From positions 205,778,001 through 205,842,000 of the forward strand of contig NC_091987.1 in NCBI RefSeq assembly GCF_044704955.1: a stretch of DNA of 64,000 bases. Direction: 5' to 3'. The notes beneath the pieces were generated by a model. The model saw only the letters and a program-made list of their open reading frames with translations. It searched no databases and was not told where the DNA came from. Shown one piece after another: positions 50,457-63,405 of the stretch; within the stretch, counting starts at the first letter, position 1; every line of letters begins with the position of its first letter. This stretch comes from Pristiophorus japonicus. Lineage: Eukaryota. Made by a program: the position numbers and the translations under genes.

Positions 50457-50969
50457 CTGAGGAATTTATTGGAAGTTATCAAACTGTAAATAATAGAGAA
50501 TATAACTTTGATAATACATCATAGAACTGCCCTATCAGTGATATATAGATTGATAATGGTTAAAATTAACCATGGTTTTATTTTCTAATAACCTGATCAA
50601 TGAGGAAAAAATTTCACCAAACAATAAAAATAAAATGTAATTACATTATTTCCCCTGGTCCTGTTTCAGATCTCCACACACCATGGGCCACTAGTGCGGG
50701 TCTGCAATCTGGTCCCAGAACCCCCCCCCACCCAGTGCAATTTGCATTTGTACACAAACAGCCCAGGATCTGTTAGCTTTAGATGTGCCCCCTACACCAT
50801 GTAAGAAAGTGGCCTATCTGCCACTCAATGTCACCTCCCGATGGCACTGCTCAGTGATTAACTATTGGAAAATCATTCGGTGCAAACCAGGGAATAGATA
50901 AAGAATTGCAGGTAAAAAATGGCAATGGCAGTTCTGAACTGCTGGACTGAACAGTGGACTGACGCAGTC

Positions 50970-51820
50970 CGTGCCTGCATGCAGCAAGACCTGGGCAACA
51001 TTCAGGCTTGGGCTGATTAGTGGAAAATAACATTCGTGCCACACAAGTGGCATGCAATGACTATCTCCAAAAGAGAGAATCTAACCACCATTCCTTGACA
51101 TTGAACAGCATTACCATTGACAAATACCCCACCATCAACATCTTAGGGGTCACCATTGACCAGAAACTTAACCAGACCAGCCGTATAAATACTGTGGCTA
51201 CAAGAGCAGGTCAGAGGCTGGGTATTCTGCGGCGAGTGTCTCATCTCCTGACTCCCCAAAGCCTTTCCACCATCTACAAGGCACAAGTCAGGAGTGTGAT
51301 GGAATACTCTCCACTTGCCTGGATGAATGCAGCTCCAACAACACTCAAGAAGCTCGACACCATTCAGGACAAAGCAGCCTGATTGATCCATTACCTTAAA
51401 CCTTCACTGCCTCCACCACCGGCGCACCGTGGCTGTAGTGTGTACTGATACGAGGAACTGCCTAATACTACTACTACTATCTATAGCAGCAAATCACGAA
51501 GGCTTCTTCAGCAGCACCTCCCAAATCCACGACCTCTACCCCCTAGAAGGACAAGGGCAGCAGGAGCATGGGAGCACCACCACCTCCACGTTCCCTCCAA
51601 GTCACACACCATCCTGACTTGGAAATACATCGGCCATTCCTTCATCGTCGCTGGGTCAAAATCCTGGAACTCCATCCCTAACAGCACTGTGGGGGTACCT
51701 TCACCACATGGACTACAGCGGTTCAAGAAGGCGGCTCACCACCACATTCTCAAGGGCAGTTAGGGACGGGCAATAACTGCTGGCCTTGCCAATGACACCC
51801 ACATCTCATGAATGAATAAA
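50970..51820 (+). mobile_element. Same CR1-group LINE in the HSPB2 intron
   Basis: ILGVTIDQKL...YKAQVRSVMEYSPLAW RT C-terminal motifs. Confidence 0.8.
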
Positions 51821-52178
51821 ATGAATTCCCCACCATGAATCAGCATTTTCAGAAGGAGGGCAGAAAATTGGGTTAAATAGAGAACTGGACAATCAGTAAC
51901 TAACAATTTAGAAGAGTTCACTCAAGTTATTGTAAAGAACATTGACATGTGCGCACTGCTTATTTTGTCAGTGTAACCCAGTATGTTTCCTGTCCCCATT
52001 TGCAACCTGTCAGCATCTGACAATTGCAAGCCGTGCGGTTGTGCGACTAAGACAGGCTACAGATCTATTCAAGTAAATTGAGACGTGTTTATTTCTGCAA
52101 ACTGAATTTCAAGCAAGGGGAGGCAGGGTTGCCTTGTTCATACTGAAACCTTACGGTTAAAAGCGAAAATAAACTTAC

Positions 52179-52272
52179 CTTCCCCGAAGTTCTGGTCGTA
52201 AATTGTGGTCGGTGATTCCTTCTCGTATTCTACACTCATGGGATAAGCATGTGGAATCGTCTTGTCTTCCAT
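52179..52272 (-). CDS. HSPB2: HSPB2 exon 1 (94 nt coding)
   Basis: MEDKTIPHAYPMSVEYEKESPTTIYDQNFGE+G|gtaagt. Phase 1 joins exon 2, total 185 aa. Confidence 0.95.
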
Positions 52273-53959
52273 TGTAAGGATCAGAGAGTGAGTGGGAGCA
52301 GAGAAGCAGAAAATGAAACACACTCGACTGCTCTGCCTGACCCAGAGATCAGACTGTGGTCACTCCGTCTCAGAAACCTTGGTGTGTTGTTTGTGTCAGG
52401 ACATTCCTGAGGGAGGGGAAATTAGACCCGGACAGAAATAAACCAGGGCACTGAAGAGGCTGGAACCTTCCTCGTGGAAAGGGGATCTCCTCTGGGAAAC
52501 GATCGCACGCCCTCAACCATAAATAATAATTTTCATGTTTGTTCTTTGCTCGTATCCTACTGTGCATCTTTTGTGGCGTTTGCCCCAACACCAGCTTTGG
52601 ACCACTTGTCAAACAAAACTTTAGCCATTAAAGGAACATAAATAAAAGGTGTCATTTACATATATTACCAGCAACAATTCGACCATACCACGGAAAATAA
52701 TAATAAAAAAACAATCATTTAACTACATTTGGTTAGTAGGGATTTATAAACAAGTTAAGAACCCAGTAATCTGTCTGGTACTTGTCTATTTCTGTAGAAA
52801 TGACACGCATTCGTGGATCATGACTGGCAGATCGATTTCTAAAGGCATTATTCGAGGGACATTTATTTTAAACAAATCACACTGCCACGATCACCCGGCA
52901 AGCGTGTGTCCGATTTATACAATGCTCGCTTTCGAATACAATCAGATTCTTTCTCTAAGCTGACAACGAAAGGGCTGCAGCGTTCCCACTGCACTTTGTG
53001 TGGTGTCTTTGTAGAAACTTGTTTTGAATATTAACAAACCTTTTCCCCAAATGTCTTACTTGTAATTTAATGCTGTGTTTTCAAAATATAAAATCCATGA
53101 ATGGATTTTTTTAAATTTTGGAAATTAATAGTTACACTGTGACGGATAATTATATCTGCAAGCCCACACAGTAATTTCTAACTTTTAGAATATTGTAATG
53201 ACTTCATTCCTAACGAAGGATAAACGGCTTGACAATTATTAATTTATTTCAAGACAAGAACGAGTGAAATAATTGCTCAACTCTATATCTGAAGTAAAAC
53301 ATACTGGAGTAATATCACCTTGTTTTAATGGAAGGAGGTGTAGCATTTTCTCAAATAACTCACCTGTTTTGGTCATTTTTTTTGTTGCAAGATTTGCTTT
53401 TCTAATATAATTAGTCCCTCCTCCAGCCTCCTTCCTTTATAATGCTTTCCAAAAACTCTGGAATGGACAATATATGGTGAGGGAATGGAAGGACCCAGCC
53501 CAGATTATTATTCAATAATGTAGCAATGTGGAATGATACAATTCAATGGGTTCAGTGCAGCCAGAAGCTACACATATCCATGTAGGTGACATCAGAAGCT
53601 TAGCACCACTAGTCTATTTATGGACTGCAACATTTGTGATTAACATCGTCACCATTTGAATTAAGCACTCAGATAACCCAGCACACAGACAGACACACAA
53701 AGAAGCTAAAATCTTTAATCATTAATAAAAAAACTGAAACATCATAATATTCCTCCCAATACAATAGCTTCTTTTCAAATGCCATGAGGTCATCTTCGGA
53801 AGCATTCTGAAGCTCTGCCAGCAGAGGAAGGGACTGATCAGCAGGGCATTGTCCAACAGTGGAAAGACTGGCCCACTGCTTGTGTCCCTTCTAATCCCAA
53901 AAATAATAAATCCCTAAAGAATGAAATCACAGGACAGAGTCAATCAGCCTTGCATCGGT

Positions 53960-53974
53960 TTTCCAGAAAGTTCA
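53960..53974. promoter_or_regulatory. Perfect three-unit heat shock element (HSE)
   Basis: tTTCcaGAAagTTCa = nTTCnnGAAnnTTCn, about 20 bp upstream of the CRYAB TATA box. Confidence 0.8.
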
Positions 53975-53994
53975 ATGGGTTGGGTGTCATTGTG

Positions 53995-54002
53995 TATATA
54001 AA
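53995..54002 (+). promoter_or_regulatory. CRYAB TATA box
   Basis: TATATAAA about 100 nt upstream of the CRYAB ATG. Confidence 0.8.
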
Positions 54003-54098
54003 GAACTCAGATACCAGCTGGCCTTCAAGCAGCTCTCGGACTGAAGTCAGCACAGTTACACAGATATACGTCCTCCTGCCTTTCACTGAGAAGAAAAG

Positions 54099-54305
54099 AT
54101 GGACATTGCGATTCAGCATCCATGGCTACGGCGTTCCCTCTTCCCAAGCTCGATCTTCCCCTCCCGTATCTTTGACCAGAATTTCGGGGAGCACCTTGAT
54201 CCCGACCTCTTCCCCAGCTTCTCATCCATGCTCAGCCCCTTCTACTGGAGGCTGGGAGCTCCCTTGGCCAGGATGCCGAGTTGGGTACAGACTGGACTTT
54301 CCGAG
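54099..54305 (+). CDS. CRYAB: alphaB-crystallin exon 1
   Basis: [32 protein letters not shown]...[12 protein letters not shown]|gtatgt, 69 codons. Confidence 0.98.
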
Positions 54306-55184
54306 GTATGTGCTTAAAGTTCCTGTGTCCTTTTCTGTTGCTTGGCAAAAATGTTTGTTTAAAATACAGCTGAACTGCTCAAATCAAACTCTGCCGACAG
54401 ATTGCCTGTTCCGTAACAATAATGAATGTGTCCAATTGTTCTGTATGTATTTATAGATCATAAAGAGGAAGACAATGAACACATATATCACAAATAGGAA
54501 ACTAATTAACATAGATTATTAGTGCGGTTAATGGTAAATGAGAGGAATTTGTTCATAAGTTGTTCGTGTTGTCGCCTCAGTGGTGGATAGATCCTTAATC
54601 AGAACATCAAGATCTGCTTGCATCAGCAACTTGAAATATATGAAAATTAATGGGAACATTGATCTTGCATGTGTCCCCCAAGGCTACTCATTCACCTATG
54701 CATCCCACGAGGATCAAAGGCTTGGGCGCCCGGCTTTACTTTATTAATGAACATATTAATGCCCAACAGACCCAGTATTAATGCTGGGAGTCTGAAATAA
54801 AACAGGAAGTGCTGGAAATAACAGATCCAGCAGCACCTGAAAAGAGGAAACTTAGCTTAATGTTTCAGTTGAAACCCTTAGTCAGAACTGTTAAACTGAT
54901 TTTCCTCTTTTTAGTCGGTGACAGACATGCTGTGTATTTTCAGCATTTTCTGATAGCATTGCAAAACTAGTATTGGTCAATACATGACACTACGGTTGTA
55001 TCACTTTGAACAGCCCACCCATGTTAGCTGATTTCACAGCAATTTGGAAATGGATTGACTACGCAGCTCAATTTTTATGTTCCCTCGATGGTATAGATAT
55101 TGATATAGACTGGATAGATACAATGTTATTGGTATTTCTCATTAGTGAATGCTCTAAGCACAACAGTTACATATCTTCACCATC

Positions 55185-55555
55185 GAGTCTTACAGCACAG
55201 AACGAGGCCATTAAGCTGATCATGCCTGTGCCGGCTCTTTGAAAGAGCTATCCAGTTAGTCCCCGCTTTTTCCCCATAGCCCTGCAAATCTTTCCTTTTC
55301 AACCATATATCCAATTCTCTCCTGAAAGCTACTATACATTACAACAGTGACTACATTCCAAAAGTATTTAATTGGCTGTAAAGCGCTTTGAGACATTTGG
55401 TGGTCGTGAAAGGCGCTATATAAATGCCAGTCTTTCTTTTTATTGAATCTACTTCCACCACCCTTTCAGGCAATGCGGTTCAGATCATCACAATGCTGCG
55501 TTAAAATAAAATCTCCTCATCGCCCCTTTGGTTCTTTTGCCAATTATCTCAAATT
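55185..55555 (-). mobile_element. CR1 3' fragment with an inserted Deu-SINE tail (55335-55440)
   Basis: Homologous to 31800-32100. The host rejoins across the SINE tail. Confidence 0.7.
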
Positions 55556-56365
55556 GTCCTCTTAATGGTTTGTAACTCCAGTTCATCAGACTGATTGAAG
55601 GTAGACTGTATCCTTTAAAGCAACATTTACTTCAGAATTGGGGACTGATGGCACAATTAATCGTAGTGGTATGAATCCTGCTTAGGCTAATGGAAGAAGA
55701 ATTGTTCGAGGCCAATGAAGCCTAATGGTACCAGGAGAACTACAAGCATCGCCCCGAGAAGGAGGGCACAATAGTTCAAAATGGCCTCCTACCGTGCTGT
55801 AAATTTCTATGATTCTACAAACTAATAACAGAAAAAAGCTAGCCCAAATTGAATATGGATGGCTTTAAATAACAATTTGATAATTGCCGTTAGCGAAGCA
55901 GCCAATATCCGATGGTGCCCACCTGGGCAGATACCAAGATGGAAGCATAGGCAAGCAGTCGGAGATGCTCCTTGGTAGTCTCACACATCCTGGACCTGTG
56001 CACAATGGTTTGTCAGGGCCAGGAGCAGATAGTCTCTGCTGCTGTCAGGGTGAATATCGTTGCAGATGTAGGATGTAGGTTTGAATCCAACTGTGTTACC
56101 TTTCTTTTTTAAATGAAATGATTTTGTAGTGGTTTCAATTTCAAATAAGCATGCGTCCGCAAGACAAAAATGATTAAAATTTGGAAATAATGGCAACTAA
56201 TTTGAAAGCTCACTCAAATAGGCCACAAGGATGACTGACTTTGAGTAGTATTGACATTCTGAATTAAGGTTAAGTTGCATTGTTGCAACAGGGGAAAGGA
56301 AGCTTTACTCTGGATCTGCTTGATCCTGGTACTGGATGGCAAAAGCTCGGAAAATGTACTCTTCT

Positions 56366-56625
56366 AAAGAAAGAAAGACTTGAATTTATATAGCACCTTT
56401 CATGACCACCAGACGTCTCAAAGCACTTTACAGCCAATGAAGTACTTTTGGAGTATAGTCACTGTTATAATGTGGGAAACGCAGTAGCCAACTTGCGCAC
56501 AGCAGACTTTGTTATGTTGACTGAGGAATAAATATTGTCCAGGACACCGGGATAACTCCCCTGCTCATTTTCGAAATAGTGTCATGGGATCTTTTACATC
56601 CACCTGAGAGAGCAGATGGTAGCCT
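56366..56625 (-). mobile_element. Deu-domain SINE, partial
   Basis: Family tail and body. Confidence 0.75.
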
Positions 56626-57214
56626 TAGATAATCTGAGCATGTTCTGTGCCATTCTAAGAACAATTCTTCACCTCGGAATGGGTTAACATTGCCCAACAA
56701 TTTCTGTCTTTGTGCCACATAAGCTGTCTTTTCAGATGACTTTGTTTGTCCCTTGTTCTGTGGGTTGAGTCCATGTGCCAGAATGTTGTTTATGGAAAAA
56801 ATGTTCCAGTAGGATCCACTGCAAGCTGGCCAGCAAAATTCCATGGCACAGACTAAAGCTAAAGGAAGTGATTGTGTCCTCAAACATCCAGATATCAAAA
56901 CTGAATGGTTTGATGCACTTGCAGAATTCAGCCAACTCTGTGTCGTTCTTGAGCCAGCTGCCAGGAGGTATGCAGGAATAACATCATCCTCTAATATTTT
57001 TCTTCTTCTTTCTCCCTCCATCACTGAACAGAAACACTTACCCTCCAGTTGGCACCTCTCCTTCATGATGCACCAGGAATCAGATATATTTGACATCTCT
57101 GGAATCATTGGTGTGAATCAATATCATAAGAAAAGCTTAGAATTAGAAAATATGGACCATCAAAATTCAACTCTCCAGTACATAATGCTAGAGAGTTTCT
57201 TCCCATTAACTTGG

Positions 57215-58300
57215 GTTTGAGCTGATAAATGGCAACATTCGAGCCACACAAGTGCCAGGCAATGACCATCTCCACCAGAGTCTCCCCTTAATATTCAAAG
57301 ACATTACCATCGCCAAACTCTCCACCATCAACATCCTGGGGCTTGTCAATTGGACCAACCAAATAAATGCCATAGCTACTAGAGGAGGTCAGAGGCAGGA
57401 TATTCTGTGGTGAGTGGCTCAATGCTGGACTCCCCAAAGCCTCTCCACCTACAAGGCACAAGTCAGGAGTGTGGTAGAATACTCGCTTCATACGTGGACG
57501 ATCCAGGACAAAGCAATCCGCTTGATCGTCACTCCATCCACCACCTTAAAAATCAACTCCCTCTACCACCGGTGCACCATGTATCTGTCTGTACTATCTA
57601 CAGGATGCACTGCAGCAACTCGCCAAGGCTTTATCGACAGCACCTCCCATGTAGAAAAAAACTACGAACGACTAGAAAATGTGCAACTCTAATCTTAACA
57701 GCACATAATTGCATTTTGAATAACCCCAATATTTTTGTCTCCATTAACTTGCTTGATGATTATTCCAAATGTTCATCGGGCTTTAGTTTATCTCCCTATT
57801 TGTTTTAAATTTGCCTTTCACTCAGCTACACTTATACCCAACTTTCTTGCTGGGTTTTCCTGTGTCATGGTGCAGCCTTTTGGTTATCCACTCTTTATTT
57901 TTATTCGTTTTCCAGATAGGTGTGTCACTAGCAAGGCCAGGATTTATCGCCATCTCAAATTGGCCTTGGGAAGGTGGTGGTGAACTGCCTTCTTGAACCA
58001 GTGCAGTCCGTGTGGTGAAGCTACTCCCACAGTGCTGTTAGGGAGGGAGTTGCAGGATTTTGACCCAGTGATGAAGAAGGAACGACCGATATATTTCCAA
58101 GTCAGGATGGTGTGTGACTTGAAGGGGAACTTGGAGGTGATGGTGTTCCCATGCACCTTCTGCCCGTGTCCTTCTAGGTGGTAGAGCTCGCGGCTTTGGG
58201 AGGTGATGTCGAAGAAGCCTTGGCGAGTTGCTACAGCGCAATCCTGTAGATAGTACACACTGTGTGTGTTGATGGTGAAGTGAGTGGACGTTTACCTTAA
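57215..58300. mobile_element. Two fragments of the same CR1-group LINE (57215-57650 plus; 57905-58300 minus)
   Basis: YKAQVRSVVEYS on plus; WEHHHLQVPLQV on minus. Confidence 0.7.
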
Positions 58301-59094
58301 TCAATGGGGTATATTCTACAAATTCGCACTCCCTGTGCAATGTGTATCAGGAATTCGAGCATGGAGGTCAGCAGCACGCAACGATTTTCTTTCGAGCCGG
58401 AATTCCTGATATGCACTTCCGTTGCACAAAGTTCTGCATCAGGAGCGCTAACTCACAGAATCTAGAATCTGTAAGCTCCAACGTTTCAGATCAGCGCTGT
58501 TTCATTTGATGGGGAGGAAATTTAACGTTTTTGTACTGGAGAATGAAAATACCCCTGTTCTCACAGAAAGTATATTTAAGAAAACAGTCAAGAGACTGAA
58601 TGATCCATCTTAAAAAATCTATGCAACTTCTGAGAGGCTGGTGCTTGGAGGTTTATATGGCTGTAGGTTGTATTAGACATATATCATTCACAAAAGATTA
58701 TTAAAGTGTTTTGTAAAAGCTTTAGTCCAAGTTTACTGGGAAATGGCACTTTTTTCGTTGTTAATTACAGGTTGTATGCATGCAGTATATATTATGTGAC
58801 CAGTTACAAAGGAAAATATAATGTGCTCTTTCAGCCACGATGGTTGAGACATACAGCTCGTGAAAAGTTGACCAGATGTTTACCCTGATCTTGCAAATTG
58901 ACTTCTGATTGAGCAAAACTGAAACAATTTCCAGAGAGAGATAGCAATGTCATTAGTGTTGAGCCACAGACATTCATGATCCCAGTTCTGGTTTGTCATT
59001 TTATCACCATAATATTGATGACAAGAAAAAAGCTTAGGAATTTGGCAGCGAGCGTCTGATTCTTAACTAAGCATATGTGCTCTATCTCTTGCAG

Positions 59095-59217
59095 TTGAGA
59101 CTGGACAAGGATAAATTTGCAATTCACCTTGATGTTAAACACTTCACTCCTGAAGAACTGCGAGTCAAAATTCTGGGAGACTTTATTGAAGTCCAAGCTC
59201 AACATGAAGAACGTCAG
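59095..59217 (+). CDS. CRYAB: alphaB-crystallin exon 2
   Basis: ctcttgcag|[41 protein letters not shown]|gtacat, 41 codons. Confidence 0.98.
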
Positions 59218-59573
59218 GTACATTTTAATATTTCCCCTTCACCCCCTATTTTTATAGCACCTTAGACTTTCCCTGTGTTTGCAGTCACTTTCGTTAGCAG
59301 GGAGAGCTTCATAGAGCATTCAGTGCAAAGGCTGGTCTGGATTTAAATTGTAGGAGTCGCACTTTGAGTGAGAGGAAGATAAATTACATGCCACTCCCTG
59401 CACAAGGTGCTGAGTTGGCTGGGACCAGAAACGTCCATAGCCAGTGGTTAAAAATCTCATCCCCCATTGTGACTTGAAGCTAGGGCTATAACCAGATTTC
59501 AACATCATCTGAAGCAATACACATCAAACCAGGCCCTTACAATTTTGAACAGAAGAAAAGGTTTTGCAACTAA

Positions 59574-60028
59574 AGGAAGACTTGGATTTCTATAGCGCCT
59601 TTCACAACCACCGGACGTCTCAACGCGTTCTACAGCCAATGAAGTACTTTTGAAGTGTAGTTACTGTTGTAATGTAGCAGCCAATTTGTGCACAGCAAGC
59701 TCCCACAAACAGCAATGTGATAATGACCAGATAAACTGTTCTTTGTTATGTTGATTGAGGAATAAATATTGTCCAGGACACCGGGGATTAACTCCCCTAC
59801 TCTTCTTCGAAATAGTGCCATGAGATCTTTTACGTCCTCTTGAGAGAGCAGACAGGGCCTCGGTTTAGCGTCTCATCCAAAAGATGGTACCTCCATAAGT
59901 GCAGCGCTCCCTCAGCATTGCATTGGAGTGTCAGCCTAGCTTTATGTGCTCAAGTCTCTGGAGTGGGACTTGAGCCCACAACCTTCTGACTCAGAGGCGA
60001 GAGTGCTACCAACTGAGGCACACTGACA
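59574..60028 (-). mobile_element. Deu-domain SINE, near full length, CRYAB intron 2
   Basis: Head, body and tail all present. Confidence 0.82.
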
Positions 60029-61756
60029 CTCCTGTGGAATACCTTTTTTTTATTGATGGAATGATTCCACCCAACCTACCCACTTTGTTTACCTCAGTGT
60101 TAGCGGGTTCTGCCTCACAGCTGTAGTGGTGCACAGTAATATTAACCGTATCTGCTATCGGGCCACTGGAGGAATGCCAGGTGCTTTTGCAGCACTTTAA
60201 TGTGTTCATATTCAGTTGTGAAACGTTCTGAATTTGCACAGCCATCACGAAAAACACAGAAGTATTTCAGCATTGGTGTTGGACAAGCCATGGTTTGCAC
60301 TTTAGGTAAATATAATATCTGCTAAAAAATCTTTTGTGATGAAGTTAGTGGCTCCCTGTGACAAGTTGACAGATACCCCAATATAGCTCAGTCTAAATTG
60401 AGAACTGGAATGTGTTCCCTCCACTGAAATACAGCAATACAACACTCTTTTATGCTGAACTAAGCCATCACATGCTCTTGTTTTGCAAAATTAAATATAG
60501 AAGCATTCCTGGAACTCAGTTACAAGACTGTAATGTAGTCAAGGGCTTCAGATAACATCAAAAATTGTGAGTGAAACACGAATCTTTTGTTAATATCTGA
60601 TATTTCACGATTGAATTCCACCCAGGTGACCATTGTGCAAGCGTGAGCCATTGCAGTGGTTATCGGCAAGCTATTTGACTACTGTGGCATCACCGCTGAG
60701 CCTAAGCCTGTCTTCACTCAATGTCTACAGGTGCACAATTCCAGCAGAGGAGATTGGATAGCGATCAGGAGCAGGAACACTACCAATTTCCCCATCCCTA
60801 ATCCCGAATTGGTGGAAGGATTTAGAGGGGAGTTGAGGAGAACTTTTTTCACCCAGAGGTGGGGTGGGGGATGGTGGTCTGGAACTCACTGCCTGAAAGG
60901 GTGGTAGAGGCAGAAACCCTCACTGCATAGAACAAGGACTTGGACATGCACTTGAAGTGCCGTAAACTACAAGGCTATGGACCAAGAGCTAGAAAATCAA
61001 CAACAACTTGTATTTATATAGCGCCTTTAACGTAGTGAAAGGTCCCAAGTCGCTTCACAGTAGTATTATGGGATCTAAAAAATTGACACCAAGTGGCATT
61101 AGGCTGGATAGATTTTTATTGGCCCACACAATCTGGGGCGTAAATTTCTCTGACTTCCAATCCAAGGGTGCTGAGGCCAATTCTGGAACTTCTATCATGG
61201 TCCTGGCTGAGATCAACAAACTAAATGCAAATTGAGGATCAAAATAGTGAAATTCCTGCATTTGTATAGCACTTTTCATGTTGTCTGTACTTCCCAAAGC
61301 ACTTTACAGCCCACGACTCACTTTTGAAGTGTAGTTAGCATTCTATTGTCAGTAAAAGCTGCTGAGCCATTGAGCCATAAAATGTACTGATTTTATAAAT
61401 AATTATTTTTTGGGGGATAATGTGCCTAGTGCACTCAGCAGTCTCAACACAGAGGCAGATTGATTGAAACTAAAGCTCTTCCAGTTGAATGGGATATTTG
61501 CCCTGGATATAAATGAAGTATTGGAGAGGCATTCTGTGGCGTTGCATGATTTAATTTACCAGTTCATACACAATGAAACTGTATTTCTACAGATTTAATA
61601 CTTGGAAATGTTCCAAAGATATTTATCTGTTTGAAAGGGTGTTGCTATTAAGCATTTCTGAATTGCAAGCCCACAATTCCTGTACACCAACACCAGCCAG
61701 TACACCGAGTATACAATCATTATTTCTTGACAGTTACAAACATGCTCTGGTAAATT

Positions 61757-62155
61757 GGGGTACGGTTGCATAGTGGTTATGTTACAGGACTCGTGATCCA
61801 GAGGCATGGACTAATGATCTGGAGATACGAGTTCAAATACCACCATGGCAACTTGGGAATTTAAATTCAATTAATTAAACAAATCCGGAATAAAAAGCTA
61901 GTATCAATAATGGTGACCATGAAACTATCGGATTGTTGTAAAAACCTATCTGGTTTAGGAAATGAAATCTGCTGTCCTTACTGGGTCTATTTGACTCCAC
62001 ATCCACACCAATGTGATTAACTCTTAAATGGCCTTACATGGCTCTCAATTGTATTCAAGAAGGCGGCTCACCACCACCTTCTTGAGGGTGATTAGGTTTG
62101 GGCAATAAATGCTGGCCTTGCCAGCGACACCCACATCTCATGACGGAATAATAAA
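61757..62155 (+). mobile_element. Second SINE family copy, CRYAB intron 2
   Basis: Same head, core and tail. Confidence 0.72.
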
Positions 62156-62462
62156 AGAAAAATTTCTACACTAAGCTGTCTCACTTAAAGGGAGCAGAGA
62201 GTGACTGACTTTATTTGCACTGTTTTGTGGCCTTCACCTTGCATTTTGAAGCATCCAGAAACTTTCAGAACTATACCAACCATGAATGAGAAATCCCACA
62301 ATATCTGAGCAACTTGGATTGTCCGGAATTTGACCTTACTGTCAGTGTATTCCACTTTTTTACAAAATGGTAAAACGAAAGAAAATGGAATATCTTTTTT
62401 CAGACAATCCTTGCAAGGACTGAGCGACCACCACTTTTAATACTCACTCTTTTATTCTGCAG

Positions 62463-62666
62463 GATGAACATGGCTATGTTTCTAGGGAATTTCACCGGAA
62501 GTACAAGGTCCCAGCAGGAGTTGATCCGGCTCTGATCACTTGCTCCCTGTCTGCAGATGGGGTTCTTACGATCACTGGTCCCAGGAAGGTGGCTGATGTC
62601 CCTGAGCGATCTGTGCCCATCTCCCGAGAGGAAAAGCCCGCAGTCGCTGGGCCTCAGCAAAAGTAG
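62463..62666 (+). CDS. CRYAB: alphaB-crystallin exon 3
   Basis: ttctgcag|[67 protein letters not shown]. Total 177 aa. Confidence 0.98.
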   Translation, partial: DEHGYVSREFHRKYKVPAGVDPALITCSLSADGVLTITGPRKVADVPERSVPISREEKPAVAGPQQK

Positions 62667-62787
62667 ATCCTTTCTGTTCAGTTCAGTGCGGAATGACTTC
62701 AAGCCATTAAAGTATTGCCTTTTGCTTTCAATGTAACATTTTTGTATTGCTATCTAATCACACATTCCTTAAACTCTGATAGACTGC

Positions 62788-62835
62788 AATAAACATTTAT
62801 CTTTCCTGCCTTAGCGAAACTTTCATTTAAATAAA
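62788..62835 (+). terminator. CRYAB polyadenylation signals
   Basis: AATAAA at 62788-62793 and 62830-62835, followed by T/GT-rich sequence. Confidence 0.7.
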
Positions 62836-62924
62836 GTTAACTATTTGAACAACCCATTGCATAGTTCCTGTTTGCCTGCTTTGACTTTGTCTTTACTGGT
62901 TTCTAAAGTGGTAGCAACATAGCA

Positions 62925-63405
62925 AGGAACATAGGAACAGGAATAGGCCATTCAGCCCTCAGGCCTGCTCCACCATTCAATGAGAACATGGCTGATCTGC
63001 AACCCTACTCCATATACTCCCCTTTGCCCCATATCCCTTAATACCTTTGGTTAACAGAAAGTTTCCAATCTCAGATTTAAAATTAACTATTGATCCAGCA
63101 TCAATTGCCATTTGCGGAAGAGAGTTCCAAACGTCTACCACCCTTTGTGTGTAGAAGTGTTGCCTAATTTCACTCCTGAAAGGTCTGGCTCTAACTTTTA
63201 GATTATGCCCCCCCCCCTAATCCTAGACTCCCCGACCAACGGAAATAGTTTCTCTCTGTCTACCCTATCTGTTCCCCTTAATATCCTGAAAACTTCAATC
63301 AAATCACCATTTAATCTTCTAAATTCTAAGGAATACAACCCTAATTTGTGTAATCTCTCCTCGGAATTTAACCCTTTGAAGTCTGGGTATCATAGTGGTA
63401 AACCT
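62925..63405 (-). mobile_element. CR1 3' fragment downstream of CRYAB
   Basis: aggaacataggaacaggaataggccattcagccc tail plus ORF2 end. Confidence 0.8.

Larger units (their letters stand above)
52273..54098. promoter_or_regulatory. HSPB2-CRYAB divergent intergenic promoter/enhancer region
   Basis: 1826 bp between the two ATGs with no recognisable TE. Contains the CRYAB TATA box, an HSE and CArG/MEF2-like elements (53468-53477, 53614-53623). Confidence 0.75.

Noticed and set aside
53794-53812. Second HSE-like sequence TTCgGAAgcaTTCtGAA
   Set aside because: Units are not in the 5-bp nGAAn register.
53950-54456. 168-aa ORF overlapping CRYAB exon 1
   Set aside because: Non-ATG start upstream of the TATA box, alternative frame, and runs into the intron.
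56512-57220. 198-aa and 125-aa ORFs in CRYAB intron 1
   Set aside because: No recognisable motifs, partly SINE-derived, probably decayed repeat sequence.
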